From IMG/VR virus record IMGVR_UViG_3300010398_000044, positions 1 through 25,381 of that record: 25,381 bases of DNA. The stretch is one strand, 5' to 3'. The translations under genes and the position numbers were made by a program. The first letter of the stretch is position 1; each line of letters opens with the position of its first letter. Positions 1 to 9,012 of this stretch are shown here, piece by piece. The notes below the pieces were generated by a model. It was not told the origin of the DNA, did no database searches, and was given only the letters and a program-made list of their open reading frames with translations. The DNA is from a virus (taxonomy: Duplodnaviria > Caudoviricetes).

Positions 1-2370
1 CGAAACACCTAACTCCTCCGCTTGGATCCAGGCACCCACGGCACCCAAATCTGCGCCCGCGCCCACGCGCAGCTCCGCATTGCTGCCGGAATCCTGAATG
101 ACATACTGTCCGACATGTCCCCCATAATTGTCCGGGCCGCGTACGGCCAGCGTGCAATCAGGATTGGTCTGCCCTATCCCTAGCGCACCGCCGTTGAAAT
201 AACTCGGGCCGCCCGCATAGAGCCGCACTTTGATCGTGTTGCTGCCGTCACTGCGCATATCCAGCACTGGAGAAGCCGTAGGGCCAAAATGCCAAAACTG
301 AAACGCCATTACGTCGTTGGGTTGGCCAAAGGCTGCATAAGCCGTGCCACCGTCGTTGCGTACTTCGAACCCCGCAATGGTGCTGGTGAGAGTGCCGATA
401 CCGACAGGGCCGAGAGAGAAGATTGTCAGATTCGTGCGAATCTCCAGCGGCGTATAAGTATTGTAGGCATCATTGACGGCCTGAATCGCGACTGCGTTGG
501 GAACCGCAATCGGGCCAGAGACAATCAGATTCTCGTTCGCACCAACATGTACATGCAGCAAGCCCTGCGGCGCCGTCGTGTTGATGCCTACGCTACCGCC
601 CTGGAAACAGTGAGCGGAGGCCTGATAAGATACGGGCTGGTTCGCCGTGTTGGCATCGTTAAAGCAATCGAACACGATTCCGCCACCGCCCATCCCGAGA
701 ATCCCCAGATTCTGATTCGTCCCCGCATGCACATGTACGAAGGCCAGTGGAGCCCCCGTACCAATGCCGGTATTGCCATGTGACCAGTCATTCAACAATA
801 GCGTGCTGCCGTTGAGATGCAACGCATAGTAACTGCTGCCGGGCGCGTTGTAAGCGGCCACCGCCCCGGCGTTGGTCGATGGATCAAAGTAGAGATCCAG
901 GCCGTTTCCAGCCGTCGGCCAGCCCGTCTTGTCGCTGATGCGCGTGTAGCCCGCCACGTGCAAGGCCGCTTGCGGAGTAGCCGTGTTCACGCCTACGAGG
1001 CCTCCCGAAGTGAGCTTCATCAGCGGAATCGTGGTACCCCAGGCATCCTGCCAGATCTCGAAGTTGCTGCCCTCGACGGCCAGCTCAGCAATCCGCACAC
1101 CGGCCTGCTTGAGCATCAGCGCCGTGTAGGACGAAGCCGAAGTGGTGGTGTCGATCGAAACCACGCCGGTCGCGCCCGAACCCAAAAATTGCGCCACGCC
1201 GATCAAAGACACGTGCGCCGCCACCACCTGGAGCGCAGTATTCGGCGCCGCCGTGCCGATCCCGAGCTTGATCACACTGGTGAGGGAGTGATTGGCGCCA
1301 TCAATATTGCTCTGCCAAGGCGTCTGCCCGGCGCCGGTGGCCCAGCGAATCCCATACGGGTTCGCGGTGGAATCGGCCATCAGGACTTGGCCATTGGAGC
1401 CCACACCCAGCCGTGTCGTCGCCGCTGCGGTGCGCACGATTAGATCACCTGTAGTGGTGGTCGGATCCGCCATGCCCCCGCCACCACCGCCGCTGCCCCC
1501 GGCCGGAACCGCCCAGGCGGCATCCTCGCGCAAAAACCGCAAGGGATTTCCTACCGTTGGCCCCGGATCAGGACACATGCCGATCGCGTGAAAACCGCCT
1601 GAGCTGCCCATCACCTGCCCCGAGATCGTCACATCCGCAGTCAAAGCACCACCGCCCGTCAAACCAGCACCGGGCAGAACCTGGGTACTAGTCGGCACAT
1701 AACCGGAAATGGTGGCGGTGCCCGTGATGTTGACTGTGCCCGCTATAGTAACCGCAGCTTGGAAAGTGGCCGGTCCCTGGAACGTCTTCGCCCCGGCAAA
1801 GCTCTGCGCCCCCGTAGTGACCACGCCGCGCGCCGCCAGACCCGCATCAGGCACATTCAGATTTATGTTGGCGCCCAACGGCGCGGGCGAGTTGGCCACC
1901 GTCAAGTCGCTGCCCGGATTGGCGGAAAGGATCAACCCGACAGTGTTCGGCGTAATGTTGATCGTGGTCACATACATCGGCACCCAGTGGGCACCGTTCC
2001 ACCCCAGATACTGACCGTAGCTCGCACCGGCGCTGGTCAGCTGCGTGGCGCTGACCATGAGACTGGGCGCAGTCGGAAAGTCCACCCGGCACTGCCCCAG
2101 GCTCACCTGGGGGAGGTTGGGCAGAATCCAGTACTCGGTATAGAGTTCGCCCTCCTCAAGCTCGTAGTTCGCGGTGTAGTACATACCGCCCGGCTGCGCG
2201 TTGGAATTCGAATAGAGCGTGGCGTCAAAAGCACCGTTGACAATCGGGAAGGCCTGCATGCCCCCGGCTACGGACATGCCATTGGTCTGGAACGGAGGCC
2301 AGCTGACCACAACCTGACCATTAACGAAACGGCCATCGGCGTAAGTCAGCGTGTCCTTGATCTCGGTCAT
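1..2370 (-). CDS. Long tail fibre / receptor-binding protein, 3'-truncated by the window (>=790 aa); not in the ORF track
   Basis: ATG at 2370 overlaps the upstream TGA (ATGA). I read the frame to base 1 and found no stop. It begins MTEIKDTLTYADGRFVNGQVVVSWPPF and contains TTGDLIVRTAAATTRLGVGSNGQVLMADS and repeated G(I/V)G-x-x-x-P-like units (LGIGTAAPNT, VGVNTATPQA, LGIGQTNPD) typical of phage fibres. Confidence 0.8.
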   Translation of the reverse strand, partial: MTEIKDTLTYADGRFVNGQVVVSWPPFQTNGMSVAGGMQAFPIVNGAFDATLYSNSNAQPGGMYYTANYELEEGELYTEYWILPNLPQVSLGQCRVDFPTAPSLMVSATQLTSAGASYGQYLGWNGAHWVPMYVTTINITPNTVGLILSANPGSDLTVANSPAPLGANINLNVPDAGLAARGVVTTGAQSFAGAKTFQGPATFQAAVTIAGTVNITGTATISGYVPTSTQVLPGAGLTGGGALTADVTISGQVMGSSGGFHAIGMCPDPGPTVGNPLRFLREDAAWAVPAGGSGGGGGGMADPTTTTGDLIVRTAAATTRLGVGSNGQVLMADSTANPYGIRWATGAGQTPWQSNIDGANHSLTSVIKLGIGTAAPNTALQVVAAHVSLIGVAQFLGSGATGVVSIDTTTSASSYTALMLKQAGVRIAELAVEGSNFEIWQDAWGTTIPLMKLTSGGLVGVNTATPQAALHVAGYTRISDKTGWPTAGNGLDLYFDPSTNAGAVAAYNAPGSSYYALHLNGSTLLLNDWSHGNTGIGTGAPLAFVHVHAGTNQNLGILGMGGGGIVFDCFNDANTANQPVSYQASAHCFQGGSVGINTTAPQGLLHVHVGANENLIVSGPIAVPNAVAIQAVNDAYNTYTPLEIRTNLTIFSLGPVGIGTLTSTIAGFEVRNDGGTAYAAFGQPNDVMAFQFWHFGPTASPVLDMRSDGSNTIKVRLYAGGPSYFNGGALGIGQTNPDCTLAVRGPDNYGGHVGQYVIQDSGSNAELRVGAGADLGAVGAWIQAEELGVS

Positions 2371-3932
2371 ACCACCGCTGCAGTGATCTTCCAGTTCGCC
2401 GTCGGATTCTCGCCTTGCACAAGCGGCAGATATGCAAACCACTGCCGCGTATCCGGCGCAGAGAACTGGATGACGAAAGCATTGTTGCGAAAATAGAAAC
2501 GCATCAAACCCATCGGCACACTATCGGTCGTTGCCGAGGCCGTTTCCATAGCGATCGAAGCCCGCAATCCGTTCGCCCGCAGACTTCCCTGCTCCTGCCC
2601 GATGTGGATCGTGCCGAAAGGATGCCCCGCCACGGTGGGCCACAGCTCCAGACAGCCGTACTGATTCAGGGCCAAGTAGGTTCCGGCCGCCAGGAAGAGA
2701 TGGCCCGCATTGTCGATCGAGGCCACTACTTGGCCGGAAGAATTCTGCCAAGTCTGGATATACTGCCCAGTGCCAGCACGCGCCATGATCGTCGGATTTG
2801 CGCTGCTCCCAAGCACTGCCAGCTTCGCGCTAAAGTCACCTTGCGCACCGATCGTCACATTACCCGTCGCGCGCGTGCAGAACAGGACGTAGCTGATGAA
2901 GGAACCATTGTCCGCATAGTTGATGAGCGCGTAATTGCTCCCGGCGTTCCCGGCACCACTCTCGTTGTCCTGGGAACGCACCTGCCAGCGCGGCAGATTG
3001 TTGGTCGCGTAGATCACCTGCGGCGACTGCGCCGCGGTGTTCGCCGTGTCCAGCCAAAGCTCCGGGTAGCGAGGGCCACCGATATGCAAGGTATGCTGCG
3101 GATTCAGCCCGATCCCGAACCCAACCCCCGGATTGATTTGCACCTGACTGTCCTGCGAGACCTGCCCGGATGGATTGCAATAATAGACGCAGCGCACCTG
3201 CGAACCAGTGATGACATCGCCGATCGACATGCCGACGGTGGCCCAGCCGATGGCAGGCCCGGAGACCACGCGCAAGACCTGCCCCACCGCGCCGATCGCG
3301 ATCGATTGCAGCGCCCCGACGGAATTGCGGAAATAAATATCGCCATTGGCGAGCGAGGGACCCCCGGTAATGATCAGCTGGTTCACATTCAGCGTGCCCA
3401 TGGTTTGCGGCTGACTGAACGTGGTCGCGCCGTGCAGCGTAGTCGTGCCATAGATATCAGCCGCGCCCTGCACCGAAAGCGTGCCCTGCGCGGTCACATT
3501 GCCGAACTGCGGATTCCCGTTCGCGCCGGTCACACCCGCTCCGTTACCGGCACCATCGCAAGTAATGACGGCCGAACACCCATTATTCAGCGTGAAGACA
3601 GCGCCCGACCCCTGCTGGAAGTTGATCTTGAACCCGCCCGCCGTAGCATTGACCATGAAATACAGCTTCTGCGCCGTCTTGGGCAGGATCGAGACGGTCG
3701 CATCCTGCGTGAGCGTACCAGTCCAGATGATGACTTTCTTGCGCGCATCGCTAGTCGCGCCCTGCTGCGTGGACAACGTATAGGCCGAGCTGGAAAGCGC
3801 AATCGTCACATTACCGTCGGTCGCAGCATCGAGGAAGTCATAATCGTTGTTCGCGGTATTGCCCCAGGTGCCCGCCTGCTCGCCGGTGGCCGGTTTCTCC
3901 AGACCCAGATTCTGCGTATAGCTCGACGGCAT
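2367..3932 (-). CDS. Tail fibre protein (521 aa; real start M at 3932)
   Basis: TAATG coupling with the upstream gene and a GGAGAG RBS. N-terminus MPSSYTQNLGLEKPATGEQAGTWGNTANNDYDFLD is a common phage fibre anchor. Later GFGIGLNPQHTLHI and TGNVTIG repeats. Confidence 0.75.
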   Translation of the reverse strand: MPSSYTQNLGLEKPATGEQAGTWGNTANNDYDFLDAATDGNVTIALSSSAYTLSTQQGATSDARKKVIIWTGTLTQDATVSILPKTAQKLYFMVNATAGGFKINFQQGSGAVFTLNNGCSAVITCDGAGNGAGVTGANGNPQFGNVTAQGTLSVQGAADIYGTTTLHGATTFSQPQTMGTLNVNQLIITGGPSLANGDIYFRNSVGALQSIAIGAVGQVLRVVSGPAIGWATVGMSIGDVITGSQVRCVYYCNPSGQVSQDSQVQINPGVGFGIGLNPQHTLHIGGPRYPELWLDTANTAAQSPQVIYATNNLPRWQVRSQDNESGAGNAGSNYALINYADNGSFISYVLFCTRATGNVTIGAQGDFSAKLAVLGSSANPTIMARAGTGQYIQTWQNSSGQVVASIDNAGHLFLAAGTYLALNQYGCLELWPTVAGHPFGTIHIGQEQGSLRANGLRASIAMETASATTDSVPMGLMRFYFRNNAFVIQFSAPDTRQWFAYLPLVQGENPTANWKITAAVV

Positions 3933-4126
3933 TAGCTCTCCTTCCAATTCGTCGGCGGCACCGACGCTTTCCAGGTCGTGCGCGCCACCGGCGGCTGCTT
4001 CCAGCTCGGTGTAACTGCTCGCCGCAAACTTTGCCAGAAACCGTCGACCTGAACGTAGCCCACCGCACCGACCAACGGAGACATGCTTACCTCGACTATC
4101 TGCATGTAAGGCGGCGCGGAAGTCAT
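3932..4126 (-). CDS. Small hypothetical virion-operon protein (64 aa)
   Basis: Exact ATGA and TAATG overlaps with both neighbours; Trp-spaced C-terminal repeats. Confidence 0.6.
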   Translation of the reverse strand: MTSAPPYMQIVEVSMSPLVGAVGYVQVDGFWQSLRRAVTPSWKQPPVARTTWKASVPPTNWKES

Positions 4127-4548
4127 AGCAAGCGCACCAGAGCCGTCGACGGCGAGGGCGGCGGAAGCTTGATGCGGAACGGCCCCAGGTTACTCGCCTT
4201 GTCCGTAATGAAATCGAGAACGCAGACGGCACGCTGCTGCGCGGTCTCGTTGTAAATCAGTGCCCCGCGCGCCAGGAGCGTGCTGTTGTCCCAAATCGGA
4301 TCGTCCCAGGTGACATAGGCCGCGCGTGCCGTCGGGCCGAGTACCTGGACATTTGTCAAAACCCGGCCGCCTGGGCTGTAACCCGGCCCGCTGATCTCGC
4401 CATCAGTAATGTAAGCGAGGGTATCGTCCATATCGAGAGGCGCATCAGCAGCATAAAGCGCTACCCGAAAAACGTGCGTGCTGAAATCGTGAATGCCCTC
4501 CAGCAGCTCGCGCTTGAACGAACTGCACAACCCGGAACCGCTGATCAT
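4123..4548 (-). CDS. Conserved phage structural/tail protein (141 aa; start MISGSGLCSSFKRELL)
   Basis: ATGA overlap at 4545-4548. Motifs CSSFKRELLEGIHDF, FRVALY, GYSPGG, ARGALIYN and AVCVLDF recall a widespread tail-associated family of uncultured phages. Confidence 0.7.
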   Translation of the reverse strand: MISGSGLCSSFKRELLEGIHDFSTHVFRVALYAADAPLDMDDTLAYITDGEISGPGYSPGGRVLTNVQVLGPTARAAYVTWDDPIWDNSTLLARGALIYNETAQQRAVCVLDFITDKASNLGPFRIKLPPPSPSTALVRLL

Positions 4549-5177
4549 ATGTCGCCCCTCACATCCGGCTCCTGCTGCGTATCCTTTTTGGTGCGCCCCT
4601 TGACGTACTGCTGATCCATTGCCAGATCTTCTTTGAAAGCGTTGTCGTAGCGCGCGAACAGGTTGTCCTCGGTCTTCATGTAGATCGAAGCCTCGACCAG
4701 AGACCCGCTGATCAGCGCATGCGCAAAGTGATCGCCCAGCCACGTCGTACCGGAGTCGACGATACTCGGCGGCTGGTAGAAGTAGCCCATCTTGACCGGA
4801 TACGATTGATCCGGCGTCGGGCCGAGCTTGATCGAGATCTCGTTCATGTAGGAATAAAAGCGCGGCACATCGAAGAAGGTCGGGTCAGGGTAGCACTCCT
4901 CGATGAACTCCGCGTCTTTGTTGAGCAGGATCACATAAAGGCCTTCCGGTCCAGTGAGAATGAGCGAGTCCGGCGCCAGAAAGTCGGTCGGCAGCGCGAG
5001 CAAATTACTTCCCTGGGTCACGTTCGCGCTCACGTCCTTGCGGAAGCGAGGCAGCCGCACGCGCAAGAGGACCCGGCTTTCAGCGAGGCGGATGAACGTG
5101 TCCACGTTCTCCACAAAGCTGGCCTCGAAATCCTGCGAGTATTGCTGGATCGCTGCCCGCAGCTGGACGTAATTCAT
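4545..5177 (-). CDS. Head-tail adaptor / tail tubular A-like protein
   Basis: MNYVQLRAAIQQY...FIRLAESR, LPTDFL, PRFYS, LGPTPDQSY and TTWLG...ALISGSLVEA fit the pattern of podovirus-like adaptor proteins; position in the operon agrees. Confidence 0.65.
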   Translation of the reverse strand: MNYVQLRAAIQQYSQDFEASFVENVDTFIRLAESRVLLRVRLPRFRKDVSANVTQGSNLLALPTDFLAPDSLILTGPEGLYVILLNKDAEFIEECYPDPTFFDVPRFYSYMNEISIKLGPTPDQSYPVKMGYFYQPPSIVDSGTTWLGDHFAHALISGSLVEASIYMKTEDNLFARYDNAFKEDLAMDQQYVKGRTKKDTQQEPDVRGDI

Positions 5178-7106
5178 TTAGAAGATCCCGCTAAAGCCGC
5201 ACCCCTTCGTCGCCGCGCCGCAGCCACGCACCTTGCCCCCACCAGCGAACGCCTTCGGCGGCGCCTTCTTCGTATTCGGGAAGCCGTGGCGAACCTTGGC
5301 CACGCCGCCCGCCGCCATCTTGTCCTTGCACTCCCCACCACGATTCTTCTTCATGCCCTTTAATGTCTGGGCCAGCCTTGCACGCTGACCCAGCTTGCCT
5401 CCTTTACCCGCTGCTGCCGCCAGCTTCTTCGCCGGAATCTTCTCTCCCTGCGGCACACCCAATTGCTTGTGCAGTGCGCCGGGCTTCTTAATCGCGCCCT
5501 GGATCCACTTGCCGCCTTGGGCCATGCCCGGCGGCAATCCGGCCGGTGGTCCGGGTGGCGGCGGCGCAGCCTGCATGTCATCGGGCGCCGGGGTCGGCAC
5601 CGGCGGCCGCCTGTTCACCACCGCGATCGAAACCTTCGGCCCCTTCGCCGGGCCTTTCGGCTTGCGCGTCATGGCGCCGCCCTTAGCTTTTTTGACAGGA
5701 GCAGGCGGCAGATTCTCCGCGCTTTTCTCCGTATCGCCCCACTGCCGGTCGGGTCTGCGCTTCTTGGCCAGGGTCTCGCCCACTGAGCCGCCGGTGGCCA
5801 TGGCGGGTGGTGGAGCCATCGTATTTGCCGGATTCAGCATGAGCTGAGCGGCTGTCTGGGGTGTCGCCGGAGGCGCACCGGCAAAAAGACCAGGGGGCAG
5901 CCCAGCGGCAGTCCCACCCGGCGGAAGCCCTTGCGGAAACGATTGCGGCCAGCCCAAGGCCCGACCTCCCGGCATCGGCCCCGGCACTCCTCCCGGCTGC
6001 ATCCCCGGCATCGGCCCCGGCACTCCTCCCGGCCGCATCCCCCGCATTGGCCGCGGCGTTCCGGCGAGGCCCTGGCGCAATCCGGCTAGCGCCGCACTCG
6101 GCGGAATGCCCGCCCCTGGCCCGGTACCCGGCGCGAGGACCATGCCCGGCGCCGCCAAAGCCCCCAGTCCTGGGTTCGGAATCGGTTGGAAGCTCGGCGG
6201 CGGCGCGCCGCCCTGCATACCGCTGGCCATGGCGGGTGGCGCGCCACCAGCATTGCGCCCGCCTAAAAATGAGGGAACCGTGTTCAGAGCCTGATTGTTC
6301 ATCGCCAGCTGATCCGGCGTTGGCGGCGGGGGGACAAAACCGGCGGGCGCCGTCGGCGGCGTCCAGCCGCTGGTAGCAGAGGTTGGTGGAGGGCCAGCCA
6401 TCGCTGCACTCAAACGACCCTGCATCTGTCCCAGAGCCGCCCCCGGATTCGGATTCGTGATCGGCGTTATGCCCGCCAGACCGCCATCTTGAAACCGCAT
6501 CGTACGGCCGCCGCGCGGCGCGCGCATCTGCATAGAACCTCCTTGATTCAATTCGATCGGCCCGCCCTGGGCCTTCTCGGTGTCCGTTGTGTCCTTCTTT
6601 TTGCTCTTGAAAATCAACGGCAGCAGCATGGCGGCAGACATACCGCCCAGCGCCCCCAGGCCCGTGCCCGCGCCGAACCCGGCCCCGGCCAGCGCCCGCA
6701 GCCAGTCCGGCGTACCGGAGCTTGGCTTAGTGGTTGTGGTTGTCTTACTCGTGCTTTTCGCCGACGTAGCGGCGGGGGCAGCCGTGGTCTCTGGCGCCAA
6801 CGGCTGCGCGCCGCCGCTAGACGGTGTCTGCGGTGTCACCGAGGTCTCGGGCACCGCGATATCGGCCAGCGGCCGGTTGCCGCTCATCTTATTATATGGA
6901 GCCACCGGATTCGGGCCGGTGGCCTGCGTGAACTCCTCGGCTTCATCCTGCGGGTAGCCCTGCGCGAGGTAACTGTCGACCGCCGACTTGTAGCGGGGAT
7001 CGTCCCGGCTCAGCCCGCCGCCATCGAGACGCTCGGCGCCGCCCTCGGCGAACTTGCGCTTCGGAAAAGCGCGCTTATGAGCACCGACGCTGACGAATCG
7101 TTTCAT
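5178..7106 (-). CDS. Low-complexity Pro/Gly/Lys-rich protein with recurrent [MFKL]-x-x-GG motifs (putative internal virion protein or polyprotein)
   Basis: 642-aa ORF coupled to both neighbours. Motifs FAEGG, KAQGG, LNQGG, FQDGG, MATGG, KAKGG, MAQGG, KNRGG, MAAGG, FAGGG. Basic module KWIQGAIKKPGALHKQLGVPQGEKIP. C-terminal VRGCGAATKG. Confidence 0.75.
   Translation of the reverse strand: MKRFVSVGAHKRAFPKRKFAEGGAERLDGGGLSRDDPRYKSAVDSYLAQGYPQDEAEEFTQATGPNPVAPYNKMSGNRPLADIAVPETSVTPQTPSSGGAQPLAPETTAAPAATSAKSTSKTTTTTKPSSGTPDWLRALAGAGFGAGTGLGALGGMSAAMLLPLIFKSKKKDTTDTEKAQGGPIELNQGGSMQMRAPRGGRTMRFQDGGLAGITPITNPNPGAALGQMQGRLSAAMAGPPPTSATSGWTPPTAPAGFVPPPPTPDQLAMNNQALNTVPSFLGGRNAGGAPPAMASGMQGGAPPPSFQPIPNPGLGALAAPGMVLAPGTGPGAGIPPSAALAGLRQGLAGTPRPMRGMRPGGVPGPMPGMQPGGVPGPMPGGRALGWPQSFPQGLPPGGTAAGLPPGLFAGAPPATPQTAAQLMLNPANTMAPPPAMATGGSVGETLAKKRRPDRQWGDTEKSAENLPPAPVKKAKGGAMTRKPKGPAKGPKVSIAVVNRRPPVPTPAPDDMQAAPPPPGPPAGLPPGMAQGGKWIQGAIKKPGALHKQLGVPQGEKIPAKKLAAAAGKGGKLGQRARLAQTLKGMKKNRGGECKDKMAAGGVAKVRHGFPNTKKAPPKAFAGGGKVRGCGAATKGCGFSGIF
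5968..6039. repeat. 36-bp tandem duplication (GMxPGGVPGPMP x2)
   Basis: 5968-6003 and 6004-6039 are identical at 35 of 36 positions. Confidence 0.9.
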
Positions 7107-7432
7107 GCGTGCTCCTTCTCGTCGCGGAACTTCTGTGACGGCTGCGGCGGATACGGCGGAATCAGCCAGTTGTTGTTCGGGTAGAGCTGGCGGCTGGCCA
7201 TCTTGCCGGTATCCGGCCGCGCATCGCGCAAAGCCTGAGCGTCGATGGTGACGTAATCGGGCAGGAAATTTTGCTCGTGATCGATGTCATAACATGTCCC
7301 ACAAACTCGCAAGCCAGTGGGTTGACCCTTAATGGTAGGAGTCCGCAAATCACGATATTTACAGCGGCAGCCGCAAATATCACAAATTGCGTTAGAGTAC
7401 TTCCCTGTGGCCCATTTATTAGAGACCGCCAT
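7103..7432 (-). CDS. Conserved phage Zn-binding (CxxC...CxxC) protein
   Basis: AICDICG...RVCGTCYD-x-x-HEQ...DAQALRDARPD; overlaps both neighbours. Confidence 0.75.
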   Translation of the reverse strand: MAVSNKWATGKYSNAICDICGCRCKYRDLRTPTIKGQPTGLRVCGTCYDIDHEQNFLPDYVTIDAQALRDARPDTGKMASRQLYPNNNWLIPPYPPQPSQKFRDEKEHA

Positions 7433-8156
7433 CGATTGAGCCCCCTAAAGCATTGTGCTGTCTTACAATCAACTGCTGAATTTGTTCGAGCACCCAACGA
7501 AGATTACAGAGAATCTCTCGATTGGAAAAACGGAGCAGCGTCCAGTCACGTTGTCTCAGAACCCGCTCTTTCTTCGCGTCTACCTCTTTCCTCGATTGGA
7601 TTGCATGACTAGACCCGTCTACTTCGATTGCCAATCGAAGCGAAGGAATCGCAATGTCAATCCGAGACGGCGTCCCCACATTACCCATCGGAATGGGGAA
7701 TTCCATGACCGCTCCAGCAGGAAGAGCATCAAAGAGCATTTTCTGCGGGACGGTAGGGCCAGCCCCATTGTGATAAGTTAACTGAGGAAAGCCCAGCGCA
7801 CGTTGCTTCTCGATCAAAGCCATGCGCTTGGCTTTTACATCCGGTCGCTGGATGACTTCTCGACAGCGCTGGCGTTTTCGTTCTGTCTGTAACGTTCTTA
7901 CATATTCTGGATTCGACATCCGCGATTTCAGGGCGCACGATACAGAACAAAAATGAGTTGACGGATCTCTGTCTGGGGGGATTTGCAATCCGCAATACTC
8001 ACATTTCTTCTGCAACCGAGCATGGTAAGAACAGGGCCTATCCCGCTGCAGCCAGAATGCCGCGCACCGAGACCCGCAAAACCGACGCTCACGCCTCTTC
8101 TCCCGAGTAAATGAAGCGCCACACCATTCACAATTTTTGGTGATCATTTGCCTCAT
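7419..8156 (-). CDS. Free-standing homing-endonuclease-like gene: N-terminal Cys Zn fingers plus C-terminal DUF559/Vsr-like PD-(D/E)xK nuclease (245 aa; start at 8156)
   Basis: ATGA overlap at 8153-8156. Two CxxCG...FCxxxC fingers. RIDIAIPSLRLAIEVDGSSH...D..KE..L...WTLLRFSN is the DUF559 signature. GC is visibly lower than in the flanks (7441-7500 is 28/60 GC). Confidence 0.8.
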   Translation of the reverse strand: MRQMITKNCEWCGASFTREKRRERRFCGSRCAAFWLQRDRPCSYHARLQKKCEYCGLQIPPDRDPSTHFCSVSCALKSRMSNPEYVRTLQTERKRQRCREVIQRPDVKAKRMALIEKQRALGFPQLTYHNGAGPTVPQKMLFDALPAGAVMEFPIPMGNVGTPSRIDIAIPSLRLAIEVDGSSHAIQSRKEVDAKKERVLRQRDWTLLRFSNREILCNLRWVLEQIQQLIVRQHNALGGSIDGGL

Positions 8157-8845
8157 ATAAACTCGTAGCCTCCCGGCACAAAGCGGAAGGCCGCGCGGTC
8201 GCGGTCCTCGTCGCTGGCCAGCTCGAACTGCTCCAGGTATTCGCTCTTGAGCAACGGGACTTTCTGCATCACATTCGGATCCTTGCTCTTGAGCGCCATG
8301 TAAAACGCCAACCCGCTGATCATGGCATTGACGAAGCGCCAGGGAATATCCGGCTGACCGGTGCCACCCGCGCCGAGCGGCGCCAGACGGCGCATGCGCC
8401 AATAAACAACCTGATAAGAGACCGACCCGTCCGGCACCATCCAGATCAGAAAATAGGGCTGGATCTGGCGCCGGATGTGAATCACGGTAGGGCGGCCGGG
8501 CGCCATCTTATTCGGAACCGACGCGTACTGCGAGACGGTGAAGCGGTCGAGCGGAAAGTCCTGGTCCGGGTTATTCGGCCCGGCCGGGATGCGCAGCGAG
8601 TGCTCGATCAGGTCGACGGTGTCATCCGGCAGGCTGTACTGATTGTTGCCGGGCACCAGATCGACCGGCACCGGGCCTTCGATCGTCCACAGGTTCAGCC
8701 CGCGGTTGGCCCACTCGATCGAGAGCAGCTCCAGCCCGCGGCGCGCACTGCGCAGGCTGTAGGCGCTGCGGAAGTCGATGCCCGCGCGCTCCGAGGCCTC
8801 CTCGGCCATCTCGGCCACATCGAAGGTGGGCCAGGAGGCCGTCAC
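8153..8845 (-). CDS. Head-tail connector / head-completion-like virion protein
   Basis: EEASERAG...RSARRGLELLSIEWANRGLNLWT, YSLPDDTVD, PNKMAPGRP and P-x-RF...GLAFYMALK...A.DEDRDR motifs of a common phage neck family; GTGA coupling to the upstream gene. Confidence 0.65.
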   Translation of the reverse strand: MTASWPTFDVAEMAEEASERAGIDFRSAYSLRSARRGLELLSIEWANRGLNLWTIEGPVPVDLVPGNNQYSLPDDTVDLIEHSLRIPAGPNNPDQDFPLDRFTVSQYASVPNKMAPGRPTVIHIRRQIQPYFLIWMVPDGSVSYQVVYWRMRRLAPLGAGGTGQPDIPWRFVNAMISGLAFYMALKSKDPNVMQKVPLLKSEYLEQFELASDEDRDRAAFRFVPGGYEFI

Positions 8846-8997
8846 TTGGCCCTCCGGGCCTGATTTAAGGCAATGGCAATGGCCTGTTTGTGCGACTTGA
8901 CGAGGGGGCCGGTCTTCGAGGTGCTATGCAGAGTTCCCGACTTGAACTCGTGCATAGTCTGCTTGACTTTTTCCTGCCGCCGCTGCTTGGAGATCAC
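8842..8997 (-). CDS. Small basic DUF6496-like protein (51 aa); not in the ORF track
   Basis: GTG start with GGAGG 5 nt upstream. MISKQRRQEKVKQTMHEFKSGTLHSTSKTGPLVKSHKQAIAIALNQARRAK matches the KV..MHEFK.GTLHS...V.S.KQAIAIAL signature. Confidence 0.8.
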   Translation of the reverse strand: MISKQRRQEKVKQTMHEFKSGTLHSTSKTGPLVKSHKQAIAIALNQARRAK

Positions 8998-9012
8998 ACA
9001 CGCCTCCAGTGT

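Noticed and set aside
2367-4743. ORF-track starts at 4232 and 4743
   Set aside because: They overlap real upstream genes; coupled starts at 3932 and 4548 give recognisable N-termini.
289-7612. Long plus-strand ORFs (e.g. 817-1443, 1759-2496, 2415-3935, 4719-5363, 6489-7184)
   Set aside because: Antisense shadows of GC-rich minus-strand genes; Arg-rich nonsense composition and no RBS.
7419-8402. 327-aa version of the endonuclease ORF, or a group I intron/intein
   Set aside because: The extra N-terminus overlaps the upstream gene, and ATGA coupling supports a start at 8156. Both flanking genes are intact and there is no room for an intron core.
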